Position numbers and translations under genes: made by a program | Shown: one piece after another, positions 48,959 to 64,000 of the stretch | Position numbering within the stretch: the first letter of the stretch is position 1 | Layout of the letters: every line of letters begins with the position of its first letter | The notes under the pieces: model-generated | Seen by the model: only the letters and a program-made list of their open reading frames with translations | Database searches by the model: none | What the model was told of the DNA's origin: nothing | DNA from: Tubulanus polymorphus | Taxonomy: Eukaryota > Animalia > Nemertea | Direction of reading: 5' to 3' | DNA: 64,000 nucleotides | Assembly (NCBI RefSeq): GCF_964204645.1 | Contig: NC_134028.1 | Span: 21,386,345-21,450,344 of the forward strand

Positions 48959-49482
48959 ATACGAATAGATATAACAAACCTTTAAGCTTTAATGAATTAA
49001 GATCTGTAAAAAATAACTATAAATTCACTATCAGTTCAATAGTTGGTTGGTTGTTTATTTTTGAAAGTTCTTCTGTGAAAAGTACAAAATACACTCGCAT
49101 CGCAATCATATAAGCGTAAAAAGTTACATGAATGTCTTTTTCTGCACGTAGTAAAGAAAAAGGACCTTTCATTCTAGACCCACTGCAACACTGCGCAGAT
49201 GACAACTAAATTACGTGCTGTTAAAATATATCATCATAAAATGTTGATTTTGACCATGTCGAAGTTTTAGGCAAAGCTCGAAAATCATATCATTTCTAAA
49301 ACAACAATAGACTAAATGGAAATAGAAAATTGATTTTACATATACATTTATACGAGAGCATTTTCATCGACCTCAAACTAATCCAATTTTCAGTACTATG
49401 GTTCGCAGTCAAATGCTTTAAATTACACAATTTGACAAAAAATGAATATAATGAGACATCAATAGTTCGTGTCGCTAGATCG

Positions 49483-52400
49483 TGTCGTAGTTTCCCTGAT
49501 GAGGAGACGAAATATAGAGCCGCAAAACGGACAACGTAGTTTCTTTTATCAGAAGAGAACAGCACTCCCTCAACATTTATTCCTCAGATATATATATAAC
49601 CCAAGATAATCAGTCATGAAACTCGATGCTCATGAAGGATTATCTGACACACTTATCTTTTTCAATATATCACATTCAGTTTAACAATACATTATTTTCA
49701 ACAAATAATGATAATGATATTCGTGGTGCCATCTTGACCAAAACTGAGAAATAAGCTGAGCACGACGAGTGATACGCTGATGGTTTAACCCGGTTTGACC
49801 GTAATTTGGATCTACAGATTCTTCATCTACTATAGGATGTGGTTAGCTAGTTAACCTTTTTTGATAATGGTTCACACAATACTTAAAAAAACATGTGTTA
49901 ATGGACGATCATTTAAAATTGACACACACTCCACAACAAGTGTTCTTCACATTTCTTCAAAACTAACGAGAGCTCGACCGAGAACTTTCTTTAGACAAGA
50001 CTTTACCAACCGACCAATCTATCCCAAAATCCCCCGTGCAATGGGGCACTTTTTGGAATAAAACGCCATTCTACGGGCCTTTGATTACTTTATTAAAGGA
50101 TCTCTGAATAATAAAGAAAGTTCGTCCGAAGCGCACACGAAATTTGACGCATTGTCACTAATCAAGGTTCTAGGCAAGTTGCGACGTGTTGAGAACCTAC
50201 GAAATGCTTGTTGGAAAGAATCCGGACTCAGATCTGAAACCAGCTCGAGATGTATCGCACGCATAACTGTGCAAGTGAAAAGACAAGTTTTTATATGTTT
50301 TTAACTGTTGATTAGAACACACCTGAACTACACCTGATAAACGTAACAAATGGGTGCGACTCGCACATGCGTACTGATTGCAACGGGGCTGGAACAGGTA
50401 GCTTAAAAGGCATTCAATTGATTAACTTGCATACAATGCAATCACTTCTCCTCTCAATGCATGTTATCCAGTATCTCTGCCGAATAAAGCACATCGTGTC
50501 GATTAACCCTTGATGCATGACTGTACAATGAGCGTACTTTATATACAAACTTGTGAAGTTGTTATACTTAGGCAGCAAAGATGGGTATTTAGTTGATTCT
50601 GGTAACATAACCTTCTAAATTCCCCCCGCCCAGCGAAAAACCCCATCAGAAGATATAATCTTAGCTGATGAGCGATAGCTGGTAGTTTACTTTTCCCGTT
50701 TTGACAACTTCTCAAAGTGAACCCTTGACAACTAAGTGCCCAAAATCTCTCCGCTCTTTCGATCTCCTCAGCACTAATTGCACCAAAGTACTTTCGACAA
50801 TTTTTTTTCGTATCCACGAAACTGGGAACATATGACGTAACCTTTAAGAGATTGGTAAATGAGTCGAATCGGTCGATTTCGATCACATTGTTCCAGTTAT
50901 TAACATCGTCTTTATAGGCTGGCTTATGTCGACAAGCAACGCGACGCCTACCGACGCAACTGGTTTTATCGCCGATCAGCGGCAACTAGCGGCCTACGAG
51001 AGGCCACCAGTTGGTGCTCAATCGGTTCGACATAAGCCTGCTTGCGACGACAACTCGACGCCTACCGACTCGTCGCAAGCCGTATCCGGCTAGTTGCCCA
51101 TGTTCTACTCCGGCCTACGGTAGGTGGACAGTTGCTTTCGATCGCAACCGACATAAGCTCATGTGCGACGCGACAGAACTGAGCGCAGGGGTTCCAGCCA
51201 ATAAGAGACTGCATATACATAGTACAAATCATGACCGCTAGTTAGCGTCATTCGTCATAAACTTTCAAATTCAAGTAGTTCAAAACGCAAACCAAACCTT
51301 CAGCACGGCAGATGACTGGACCGAAGATCTAGAAACGAAATTGGTAGAATTATGGTGTGAGCGGCCATCTTTATATGATGTCGCTAGCACATTGTATTCA
51401 AAACAGAATCAGAAAGATAAAGATCTTAAAGAAATAGCTTTTCTAATAGAAATATATTTCCCAAAAATTCAAAATGATTCAAATTTATTCTCAAAATGCT
51501 TATCACGTGACCAATTTATTCTCAAAATGCTTATCACGTGACCATCTGAGCCGTTGCAGTTGCTAGTAATCGTAACCGACATAAGCAGGAAAGCTTATCC
51601 ACCCAGCAGGAAAACTGGGTGGATCTCGATCCCGCTAGTCGGCCTCAGTTGCTGCGAATCGGAGCGCAGTCGACAAAAGCTGGGCTGCGATCGCGGTTGC
51701 TCTCAGTTGCATCGGTAGGAGTCGGTAGGCGTCGACATAAACCATAAGCCTTATGAGAAATCTCTACAGTATTTACAGCTATCTGATTATTGCGAGAATC
51801 CATATCAATCTTATTCAACATTACAAATGATTCGTAATGACCAGACAATAGGAATTGTGGGCCATACCACCACAAATAATTTTTTCCGAATTCTTAGCAG
51901 ATATCCATCGGGACAACAAATCAGCCGGATTATTTTTGCCCTCACAAAAATACCAATGATTCAACTGTGTTAAATTCCATATTTCAGAAACTCTATTCGC
52001 TACGGAAGGAGATAAGTATTTACTAGATGTAACCCAGTGCAACGCTTTCGCACCAAAAGTGAAAAACTAGTTCCACATTACGCAGTGAATTCCTTACGAA
52101 ATGTGATAATCGAGCAGCTATAAATGCGGCCAACAATTCCATTTCTGGTGTACGACGAGCCTTTGTAGGTGCTACCCGGTTTTTTGACATTTGAAATGAA
52201 ACTTGATTGTCGTATTTTGAATGAGCAGCTCTGTCATGAGCGTGTTCACTCGAATCAGAGAACTCGCGAACTTCGTTCTTTCCACCTATCTTCCCAGTTG
52301 TCATATACCGGCGTGGTAAGATGATAGATAAAGACTCTGCCAAGTTAAGATTTAACAAACGCAAAAACATCACTTAATGGCTCGTTCTTTCGAATTTGTC

Positions 52401-54470
52401 TAGCCACGATTTCTGAATGAATAATTTTGCATTTGCAGTGACTGGCGTAACAAATCCCAATGGATCTTGGATTCAAGCAGAATTTCTGGCACCTTTGGTA
52501 ACTAACGTATCATTAAATGGAAGTTCACAGTCAGCTCACATCTACGCAGTGTTGCAGTGGGTCAATCTACCGCATTAGAATCAGAATTCCACTCAATACC
52601 TAGAATCTTTACAATTCTTTTTTCACCACACACGTTCTCAATCTTTGCTACATTACATAATTATATACTGTTCGAAATCACTCTTGTAGATCGAATCCAC
52701 CTTCGGATAATAATTCCCGTGAAAACTTATAATAATTGATCAATTCACTTATTGACTCACAGCCAGAATAATATCATCTTCATGGATATTTGTAGTGACT
52801 TACGTACCACACCCTGATTCAATTCTTAATGATAACGCTGCATTTAAAATGAATGGAGAGCTCTTCGCTCCAACGCAAAATACATAAATATGAAATCCAC
52901 TATTAGGATTCGTTGGATCCAACAGCGTCATCGTCGTCATGTAATAAAACATCGATATCTGAACAAAAGGCTAAGGTGTGCATCCTGGAACGCATTAAAA
53001 TCGAACATAGGTCGTTAATCAAAATGTTTTAATAGCCGAAACATGATAACCCACTAACAATTCTAGCATTAGAATTATGATGTTTGATATAATTTTGATC
53101 ATTCGCTGTCATATTAAGTTCAGCCGACTTTTCAGACGACGGCAACATATTTCCTGCCGAACAGTGCGATGCCGGCAACAAATTAGTATATTCATTTTGC
53201 TGATGTACGCTTTGAGCGGAAGTTGTGTTAGTATTAACATCAGAATTCTTTTGATAAGTACATTAATTTGAATGATGTTTGTTTCTGCAAAATTCTACAA
53301 CAGAATTTCGATTTGCACTTTCTTGCTACATGATGACCAAAACAACTGAGTTAGGCGCAATAAACACAATGACGATCATTTCAGCCGTTCACACGGGCGT
53401 GAAACAAAATTGCGCTGCAGTTTTTTTTCTTGATCTCAAATGAAGATGATTGCTCAGCCGAACCTAACAGATTAATTTCGGAATGTAAAAAAGTACGGAG
53501 ATTTTCTTAGTTTATATGGGTTTTACCGCCATCCAGGCGAGCTATATTCGTAATAACGCATATTTGAAGTTTCTCGATTAAAACGGATACTAATAGATCT
53601 GAAAACGAACTTCGCTAAGGCTTCTAAACATCGAATCAATTTTTCCACATTATCATAAAAATCACGTAACGTATTGTAATGACGGAGGCTGCAAACTGAT
53701 CAGTGACTGTAAATGTGCATGAGCGACTTAGTCCATCTGTCCATACATATAGTGAACAAAATATCAAGAGCTATCTGATAACTTGCTTCTGCACGTGTTG
53801 GACCACCTATAGTTTGTTCCGCTTCACCGGCAAGTAATGACTTAAGATAGTTGAACTTCTGAACAGCACTAAGATTTTGTGTATTACGGTTTGATAACTG
53901 TTGGTGTCAAAAACCCATCTAAGTGTAAGATGTTATTTTGCCTCTGAATTTAGGCAAATCTAGTTAGTTTTGGTATTTTTCTGTTGTCAATGTTCTCTTG
54001 ACGAAATTCGATTTATCTGAATTGATAAAATTGACTTACCGAGTCTCAATTTTTCGAGCTCAATACCCTCTGAATATACATCGCTTTTAGCTCCACTCCC
54101 AAATCATTTAACGGAAGTAGCTCTTGAATGTTCTCGTCTAGTTTTCGTACGTCGCCTTATTTTCGGATGAGGTTTTCGTGCGCCGCTTGCAGTGCTGTTA
54201 CATTTGGATTGACCGCATCGTTTTCCAATTCCCCGTAGGTATTCTTCAATATCTTCGTTATGTAGCCCATGAGTGCTGTTTCCAGTCGCTCTAGCGTATC
54301 ATCGCTTTTCAGCCATCATTAACGTAGGTTTTCGGCACCAAATGTCGTATTTTCCCCGGTGGGCAGACGAAATATGGACCCGAAAAACGAGAGAACTTAC
54401 GAACAACGTTGTTTCTCCATACAGAACAGAATATAGCTTCCTCAAAACTTTATTCCCCGATTTCAACATC
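49483..54470 (-). mobile_element. Decayed BEL/Pao element, copy 2, retaining integrase core and a 3' LTR-like segment
   Basis: ~49830-50245 reads AFRRFSTRRNLPRTLISDNASNF...KKVLGRA...LNDRPLT; sequence from 49483 aligns loosely with the LTR from 54343; PBS at 54330-54340. Confidence 0.88.
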
Positions 54471-56313
54471 TCAAGATCAGACGAAGCGCAATAACATGGT
54501 GCTTACAATTAGTAGCATTTACACGATCCATGAATTTCTGAGATTTTTCTAATTTATTCAACATAACGACGCCATTATCGGCGCCAAATTGTCTCATGCT
54601 GGTCCAGTTGTTGGCTTAGTGTTGTTGTCGACATAGTGTTTTTGACTCATATTAGATGAGACGTCACAATTGGGGCTCATAATGTGGACTTATTATGGAC
54701 TTTTTCTATTCTAGGCGAGTCCAATATTTTAGGCCTGTGAATAGAATACCGAACTGTTAAATTTGATTTCACGGGATATGAAATAAACCTTATGAAATAT
54801 TTCGTGCTGAGTTGATAATTTATTTAACAGTTAACAATATCTAATCATTATAACTGATAATATCTGAAAATCTGCGCAGTCGACAAAAAATCATCCGGTA
54901 GAATAAAGAATTTTGAGTGCACTCTATGAAAATGTCATCCAAGGCAATTCGTTGAAAACGAGATATTATATTGAAGCGATATAAAATCATCAGAAATAAA
55001 AAGTTTTGATACGTGATACCTCAATCATTTCAATAACACTGAACGATCTGTCGATTGGATGCAGATTAATATTCCAAGTGGCCGGTAAGTGTCACGCCAG
55101 GGCTAATGGTCGAGTAATATTTCAGAACAACAACTCACAAACAGAAAACAATCTACAGATTGAAAGATAAACAAAAATCCTATAAACCCTGAATATAGAA
55201 ATCCAGCGTCTCATCGACCAACGACCCTTTGATCTTACACCGCAATTCAGGCCCCTTCGTTTGAAAGTCGACAGTTTTGGTCAAATAAAAAAGATGCCCT
55301 GTTTCTTAATAACCGCAGCAACACGAAGATATCAGATGAGGGTGGCGGGAGGTTTTCATTTTTTTCTAGTTTTAAAAAGTCGCAATAAAACTTTGCGAAC
55401 TTATAATGAGGGTGAGTAATTATTATTTTTATTTTACGGCAATATTCACTTGTTCCCAAGAGATTTTCCAAACCTTTTTTTCAACTATTTCAAAAATAAA
55501 ATGAATTGTAAGACAACGAGTTTAAAAAAGAAAATGAACTTTCATGTAAAATATCATTTCATAGTAAATTTCATTTGTCACTTTAGAATTATAATTCGGG
55601 TGGGTTTTTTACTTTTTTGAAGGTAATTCTTTCGATGCAGGCGGTGATGAGAAACAAGGTATCTTTTTTAATTATTGAAAATCTTTGGTTACTACTTGAA
55701 CATTTATAGCGTATAGTAGGACTCGGAAGAGCCGAACTACAAATAATGGCAGTTCGTTTACAGTATCAGATAAAACATGGAACGGAAGCTCAGTTGGTTT
55801 GGATAGTGGTTAATGTTTACGGTAATGACGCATGTAGAAAATGAGGAAGAAAAGCTGTACAAGGGAATTGTCACATTTCATCATTTCTCACGTGGAAAAT
55901 ACTCCAATATTGAGATAAATGATCCGTATTTCTTTCTGTTCCATTCCAAATCTAAATGGTGGCAATGGGAATCGCTTGAATAAATGTGCCTTCGACGTAA
56001 CATTTCATCTCTCCTGAAAATCCTTACCTCCGAATAAATGAAAAGATAATGTAATGTAATATAAATTGTCACGCGCACGAGTCATGCAGGAGTGATTACC
56101 TCCTATACGTATTTTACCATCACCCAGAACAGAAAACTAGATTGAAATCGCTTATTGAGATACGTTTAATTCAAGACAGAAGTTTTCTCTGCGAAGTTTG
56201 TTCACGTTTCTCTACGAATACAGTTCACAAACGCGCCAAGAGACAGTCACAGTATAAACTGAGCTTCAGAAGCTCACCGAGAAACATCGACAACGACAGA
56301 CAATTTACTAACA

Positions 56314-59300
56314 ATGACACGTTCAAATCGTCTACGATTTCTCCTGATTTTCTCATGTCTATGTAAGTAAATCGTTATTTACTACGATCATTAGTTTCGA
56401 AAAGTAAAGATTGAAGATATTTTGAAAAACCTTTAAGATCTAAAAAGATTTTAAAAGTTAAAGCGATTTCGCTCAAAATTCGATATTCGATTCGAAGGTT
56501 TAAGATTTTGTAGAGTCAAATTAAGAATTTTGATGTTTTACTTGATGAAAACCTTATATAACTCTTTTTTACGTTTCTTGTGAATGTTCATACAAAGGGG
56601 CGTCTGGTCAAACATGTCTGTTAAAGGACATTTATCAAACAAAATATTTTCAAAGATTAGAAATGATTTTTAATGCCAAACGATTAGATTTCTGGATTCC
56701 TAAGATTAACCCTAACTTAAAGAAGTTTCCAGTTTCTAGGCACCATTTTATGGCAGTCCCTCGAGGTCTATTGTTGCGATAATTTGCGCTCATTTTTAAA
56801 ACATAAGTTTAGATTGAATATCATATAGATCTGCAGTCCCTTGCGCGATGAACTTAATTTAAACACCATTTTAACGGAAATGAAATGCAGATATATGCCG
56901 GTGATTCTTGATGTCAAATTGTCTGATATTTCTGGTATGTTTCACGTGGATCGAATTCTTATCGGCGATTCAACCGAATTCAAAACGAACTGTGAAAATG
57001 CAGCGAACATTCGTATATGTTCTCATTGTGGAGGTCATCATCTCTACATTGTCCCCAATCGCAGGTACTTTTTCTTATTACATTTTTGAACGCAACAATT
57101 TAGAGCAGTGACGATGTGAAACCAAGGACCCTTAACCGCGCGAAAAAAATCGCGATATTTATTGATTTTGAAATATCTAAGTATCTCTTTAAGCTATATT
57201 TCCAATTTTCAATTAAGGAGGGTTATTTGCAGTTTGAGCCTGCGTTAAATTTTTGTTTTGAATTTCTTTCCTGACGACTGATCTGTAACCGCTTGAGTTT
57301 AAGATTACGCGCCAAAGGGGTCTCCCACTGCGCATCTCAATTCTCTGAACATTGAGATTTGCGATAAGAAATCACAAAAATAAAATTTTATACTGGTTTG
57401 TTATTATTAATATTGCTTCTTATGGTTATATATTACCTTTATTTTTGTATGGTTAAAAATAGACTTTGTGTCCTTTGAGGAATTCGAGTTTTGTAGCGTC
57501 GGGATATCAAAGGATTTCTTGTAAGAAAGGGCACTTTCTGTGCCGATTGCAAAGGTAGGCCTAGTTGAGAGCTACTTTGCGTTCAGAGAAATTGCGATGG
57601 GAGACCCCTTTGGTGCGTAATCTCAAACTCAAGCGGTTACAGATCTGTCGTCAGGAAAGATATTCAAAAATTTTTTACGCAGGCCCAAATTGCAAACAAC
57701 CTCTTTAACCTCTGTAAAAATTGGAAATATAGCTTAAAGAGATACTTAGATATTTCAAAATCAATAAATATCGCGATTTTTTTGTACGCGCCGTTAAGAT
57801 ATGCAGTCCTTGTTTTCACATCGTCACTGCTCACAATTGTTGCGTTCAAAAAATCCAAGAATCACCGGCAAATATCATATCTGCATTTCCTTTAAAATGG
57901 TGTTTAAATTAAGTTCGTCGAGCAAGGGACTGCAGAACTATATAGAAACTGAAACCTTCTTCGCTTTTATTATTACACTGCATGATAATGAAGAAGATAT
58001 TTGAATGTGGCATTATTTGATTTTTATAATATCCATTTACGGGGTGAAGTCGAAAGTTTCAGATAAACTGCTTTATTCTTTACTTCATGTTAAAAATAGC
58101 TAATAACAATAATGTATTTGGTCATTTCTTTTGTTCTTTGATAAATAGACAGCATATCAGCCAAATTATAAGAGTTGAAATTTGCAAGTTTGTTTAGTAC
58201 GGAATACGTGCTGGAGACACATTCGTGAAAGAGTTTTTCAAATTCGGAATAAACTTGTTTTTTTATGTGTATTGAAATGATTTTTTTCCGGAATAAATTA
58301 CCGAGCTTTCCGAAAAAATGTTCTATAATCGTAATTTTCAGCATATTTTGGGTGTAGCTCGGTGGGTTCTGCATTCGATTGGATTTTTTTTTGATTTATC
58401 AAAAGCTTTTGACACATTGATCACCTCCTACATAAACTTAGTTATCAATTGGTATCGAAGGCGTAGTACTGTTTCACAGTCAACCATGTGTAGCTGCAAA
58501 TATCCAAATTGAAGATATCAACTCAACTGCTTTTAACATTGACATTGGAGTTACCCGGGGCTCCATTTTAGGTCTATTACTCTATATCGTATATCAATGA
58601 CTGCGCCAAAGGATCTAATGTATTTTATAGATATGCATATGATTGTTGTCAGTCTGTCCGATTGGACGTACATATATTTTGTTTAATACTTTAGGTAGGG
58701 AAATGCTCGGAAAAGGAACTCCCATCGGTCCATTTATAAAGTTGTACACCGAAATATACGAGCGACCAAAGATAGAAGTTGATCAGGATGGAATCGGTGT
58801 CGCAGTGTGTCACAGATATGATCATTCGTGCACTCGATACAGCTGCGATTGCTCCGTTTTAGGTAATTGTTGCGACCACAAATCCGTCAAGTGCGCGACG
58901 TCTAGCATAACGAGAAACGCCATAGAAAATCACCTTCCTAGCATCGGGTGCATCAAAGTGCCCATGAAGGATGGCTATCCGGTTACATTTTTTGCAATCA
59001 ACCGATGTCCCGATGATTACATCGAAGATATGGCCATTAAGATGAATTGCGAATCTTTGCCTTCAAACCTACTGACAGAAATGCCTGTGTACAGAGATAA
59101 CTGGTTACCGTATAAAAACATGTACTGCGCCATGTGTCACGGATTAAACACCAGTGAATTTCAACACGCCTTGGTTAACATTCGATGTTCTGGTGATAAT
59201 ATCGTGCTCATGGAAGTCGTAGAGGATCTGAGACAGGCAGCAATTGCTCCGATAAAGCGTCTACCCCCACAATGCCGATATACTTTTCTGAAGCCTCCAT

Positions 59301-61180
59301 TAACACATGTATTACTGCATCTCTGCTCAAACAAATTTCCTTTCCAAGATCATGTGTGTCCACGGACACCGGATAATTCAATTCTAAGAACTAGATGTAA
59401 ACAAATATATAATCCAATATCGGCTATAATTAAAGGTCAGTTGAGATATTTTCGCAACTCGTACTGTTTGAGATGTCAGTTTCCCGATTTGGCACAGAAC
59501 GCGTTGGTGTGTATAGCTGAACAGTACGAACAAAGAATTTATGGTCTGAATATTCTACTCGATTTCAACCTCGTGAATGGTCTCGCGTTCCATTTTGATG
59601 ATCAGCAAAGGATTTTACTGTTTCCAATTGAAGATCTCGCGTGTTCTAAAACTACTGAAATATTCGACAAGGAAACATACGCATGTCGAAATGAGGGCTG
59701 TTTGCTTGGATACCTCAGACGCGGTGACACATGTCCCCTAGAATTCAATGATTGGCCAAAGGTTAGATTTCACATACGCGTTAGGTTAATCATCGGTTTT
59801 ACCGAGACTCAACGTGTACTCATGGAAAATATAAGATATAAATTAGAATATTGGTTTAATCCAAAGTGTAATCGAGCTATAGATCGGATGAAAATAAACG
59901 AAATCGGCAAAATGACGACCATCTCTAATAATTCATACATGAGACAGCTTGAAATTTTTGAAAAGTTCGACGCTTCCAGGGTTAAGAGACCTTTCATGGA
60001 GATGAAGCGAATCGTTAGCAAGTATGAGTCTATACTCTATTGCTCATTTGGACTTGACGGAAGTGACGTCAACATTGCTGAATATGAATTTGTGATGACA
60101 AGTGAAATGGAAAATACAATCTGCACCGGAGAAACTGAATTAACGACCGAGAATAATATAACTGAGTTTGAAGAAAAAGATGAATTCACGGACGATGGAA
60201 ACTTTTTACACTTCAACATATATCAGTTGATATTCAATGGCCAAAACAAGTCGACGAAATACGGAAGTTGTTTAACGAAAAAGACTGACTGTATTAGAAC
60301 TCATGTCCCTGGACGGGGTATGGTTTGTCGGACGTCGAAAATAAGATTCGATGACCTTGACCTGTTTACTGATCGAGATTTTCTCATTACGTTCGTGTGC
60401 AGTTGTCTGTCGATTATTTGTCTCGTAGTCACTGTCGTTATTTATTTCATTTTTCCGACTCTTCTGACTTTCCCCGGAAAACTCATCGTAAACTTCTGTA
60501 TAAGTCTCGCAATAGCTCAAACGCTGCATATATCCACATTTGGTTTGAGTAACAGGTTATTGTGCGTCGGTATGGCTGCCTTAAAACACTATATTTGGTT
60601 GGTCGTTTTCATGTCAATGGCGGCTATAGCCATTCACCTGGTGCGTACATTTTCAAGCATTGATAAATTATCCAACTCTCGAAAGGTTTTAGGTTTATAT
60701 TTGTCAACGGTGTGGATTTGTCCTATCATAATCGTCGGACCCTGTATTTTCCTCCATTCAACCCACGTGACGACCTTTTCCATGATGATCTACGGAAGCC
60801 CTCGCACCTGTTGGTTCAAACATAAAGCTTTCTTGTTGTTCGCTTTCGTTTTACCAATCGGAATTCTCGATTTAGTCGGTTTTATTTCGTTACTAGTTAC
60901 AATTCATCAAATTCGTCGATCAACTTTCAAGACTTCAGGTTCAAAAGACAAAAGGAATACGACACTTATTTTCTATCGGATGGCATTGGTGACAGGAGTG
61001 ACTTGGATCATAGGATTCATTATCGTTTGTCAATAATGATTTTCTCTGGTACTTCTTCAATGTGCTCAATTCTTCTCAAGGATTTCTCATATTTTTGTCT
61101 TTCATCGCTAACAAAAGAATCTTCGCTTTCTTCAAGTATGAATTCAAAATTGGTGATTGCTGTTCGAGTATTTCTGAGTA
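56314..61180 (+). pseudogene. Duplicate family B GPCR with a 2-bp deletion removing TM7 (exons 56314-56362 and 58695 onward)
   Basis: GGATTCATTGCATCG in copy 1 is GGATTCATTATCG at ~61021, giving a premature stop at 61036. Confidence 0.82.
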
Positions 61181-64000
61181 GAATAAAAACTTCAGACTCC
61201 ACGCAACATTTTCAGGTTACCCATTGACAAAAAGGTGGTTGTCGGATTTGAAATAAATTTCTCAACAGTCCATATGCTATGGAATTCCTCAAGGGCCATA
61301 CGACTTACGAGTTACGATTTACGAATTACGAGTAACGTTTTACGAGTTACTGATACAATTCCTTCAATACGTTACGACTTACGATTTACGACTTACGTTT
61401 TACGACTTACTTTTTACTTACTTTTACGATTTACGACTTACTCTCCTTGTCGAAATATTTCAGTAGTTTTACGAATTACGAGTTAGTTGTTTGGCGTTTC
61501 GGTTCAATTTATCACCGAAAGTTCAAGGACAAGTGAATTATGAAAAGTAACATTGGCACGAGCTTTCATGAGCACTGTATGTGATGGGTGTAGTTTTAGC
61601 CGAATTTTAATTTTGTAACGATGATGGATGGCTGCATGCAGCCCAAACGATGGTGTCTTTAAAAATGAATAGATTTCTAAATTGTTGAAAACATAAATTA
61701 AACGACTTGTTCTAGGGATCGGGATCACTGATGGTCCAATTATATCGCCGGCTCGTGTGTTCCATGAAGTAGCTTTTAAAATCAATTCCAGCTAAGATAC
61801 ATAGTCTATTGAAATATCGTCTATTATCGTGCCGTGTGTAATTTATCTTTTTCAACATTTGATAGATTTTGACGCCGTACCGACCGGTTGGTCACCGCGC
61901 AGGATTTTCTGTCGTGATCTCACTATCTGCAATAGATACTCTTAATTATTATTCTGTTTGAAATGACAATTCGACTTCATTCTGTGTAATCATCATTATC
62001 TTTTTACGTAATACATGCCTAGGTTAGGTCTCCGTAGGCAGTTGCAGAAATGGTGAAATTGTGAGCATATATCTTTCCTAATTTCAACTAAGAAAATGCT
62101 CGGAATGCGCATAAATGCAGCTTTTTTTCAGCTGATGCTAGTATCAAATTTACTGCTTGGAATAAGTAACCTATTGCCAGGGAATAGAAAAATGCACGTC
62201 TATGAAACAGAAATTCCCCTAGTACTCAATGTGATCCCTGGGATAAGTGATTCGATGCCAGGGAATAAGCCTATTCTATATCTATGTTTTTAATTCCTCA
62301 GCGGTATAGTTTCTTTCCTTGGTTCAGCGAAGACAGTCTTCACGCCCGTAGATAGGATGTTTAGAAGGCGGCTCCCGCTCTAAACGCTAATTGATCTCAA
62401 ACACAACTGTGGGACTGGATCCTGAACTGAAAGATTGTTATTTATTATGTGGGATATTATTAGAACTATTTCTTCTGCACCGGAACGGTGATTTTAAGCG
62501 GTAAAAAGATTTTGACGCTGCAGAATATTCGATAGTTAAATCGTGGTTTAAATTACTATTGTTGATTCAATCTTAACTTTCATCTTGTTTCATCTTGTAT
62601 TTGATTTGTGTGAGAGTAATAATAATAATTAATACAAGGATACGGAAGCGATAAGGGGCCTCGAGATGTCGCGTTCTAACTCGACAAGTCGCCATATTTA
62701 TGTCGACATACCGCGATTTATCGCATCAAGTCGACATGAATATGTCGACATATCGTGACGTTTTGACGACATATTTCGTTCTCTCGACCACTTTCCTCGC
62801 GACAAGTCGACATATTCATGACGACTTGAAACTCAGTCGAAATATTACTGGTGTCCTCATCTTACATGTAGACATGTCTTCAAATGACGGCTTGTCCCGT
62901 GGAAAATGGGCGAAAAAGCGAAATTTGTCGTGAAAACGTCACGATATGTCGACATATTCATGTCGACTTGACGCGATATATCGCGATATGTCGAGATAAA
63001 TATGGCGACTTGTCGAGTTGGAACGTGACAACTCGAGGCCCTTCATTTGAAGACACGTCGAAATAATGTAAGATGAGGACGCCACGTCAGGATATGTCGA
63101 CATATTCATGTCGACTTGACGCGATGTATGGCGATATGCTGACATAATTATGGCGACTTGTCGAGTTGTAACGCGACAACTGGAGGCCCTTTATCGCTTC
63201 CGTAGATTTATACGGAAGCGATAAGGGGCCTCGAGATGTCGCGTTCCAACTCGACAAGTCGTCATATTTATGTCGATATATCGCGATATATCGCGTCAAG
63301 TCGACATGAGTATGTCGATATATCTTGACGATTTGACGACATATTCCGTTTTCTCGACCATTTTCCTCGCGACAAGTCGATATATTTATGACGACTTGAA
63401 ACTCAGTCGTCTTATTTCTGGTGTCTTCGTCTTCTATATCGGCGCGTCGTCAAATTTATGGCGACTTGTCGTGACCTTATTGCGACTTGTCGACAAAAAA
63501 TGTCGTCATGTCACGAAGTTTATTCGACAAATCAACTTTCCAATGTCGACTGTGAAGCCGTGTCACCGAAATCATGTCGTCAGATCACGATAGCCTTCTC
63601 GATAACTCGACAAAATTTTGTCGACTAGCGAGGATACACCGACAAGTCGATGCAGATACGTCGACTTGTTTTGACGTCGCGAAAAGTGATATTGTTTCTA
63701 ACATTGATGGACGTTAAAATTTAAGCAAAGCCTTTTTTGCATGATCTAGAAGCCGTTAAAAAGCATTATTAAATTTACGAGGCAGAAAATAATATACCCA
63801 AGTAGCAATAGTTACGGACAATTTCAATCACCAAACCATCATAGTTAAAAGTGTGATTATTAAGGAGATTTCCTCCTTTATTAAAAATTACAATCTTAGT
63901 TTTATTCAAGTTCACTGTAAAGCCCCATTTTCTACAGTAGGTGTCAAGATTGCCTAGAGCCTTCTGAAGACGCTGACTTAGAGATAAGGACGAGTTATTA

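Noticed and set aside
63689-64000. Possible RNase H relic (IVTDN...QVHCKAP...VKIA)
   Set aside because: Weak resemblance with stops, and truncated by the window edge.

Overview
AT-rich eukaryotic DNA, probably from an invertebrate animal (lophotrochozoan-like; inferred from gene and repeat content only). Bases 1-~6663 are one end of a Polinton/Maverick-type endogenous virus. It carries an A32/FtsK-like packaging ATPase, a DDE integrase with chromodomain, a truncated HNH nuclease, zinc-finger ORFs and two repeated [small ORF + conserved upstream motif + hairpin] modules at the apparent terminus. The rest is a recently and repeatedly duplicated host region. It holds six intronless class A (FMRFamide-receptor-like) GPCR copies, one of them a pseudogene and two chimeric. 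It also holds two copies of a ~14-15 kb block containing a secreted Cys-rich peptide ORF, a decayed BEL/Pao LTR retrotransposon and a two-exon Methuselah/adhesion-like family B GPCR (second copy frameshifted). Many nested non-autonomous DNA transposons, LINE relics and degenerate hammerhead-like motifs are interspersed. Roughly 10.5-32.5 kb is repeated at roughly 40.7-63.7 kb. All calls come from reading the sequence by eye; no searches were run.
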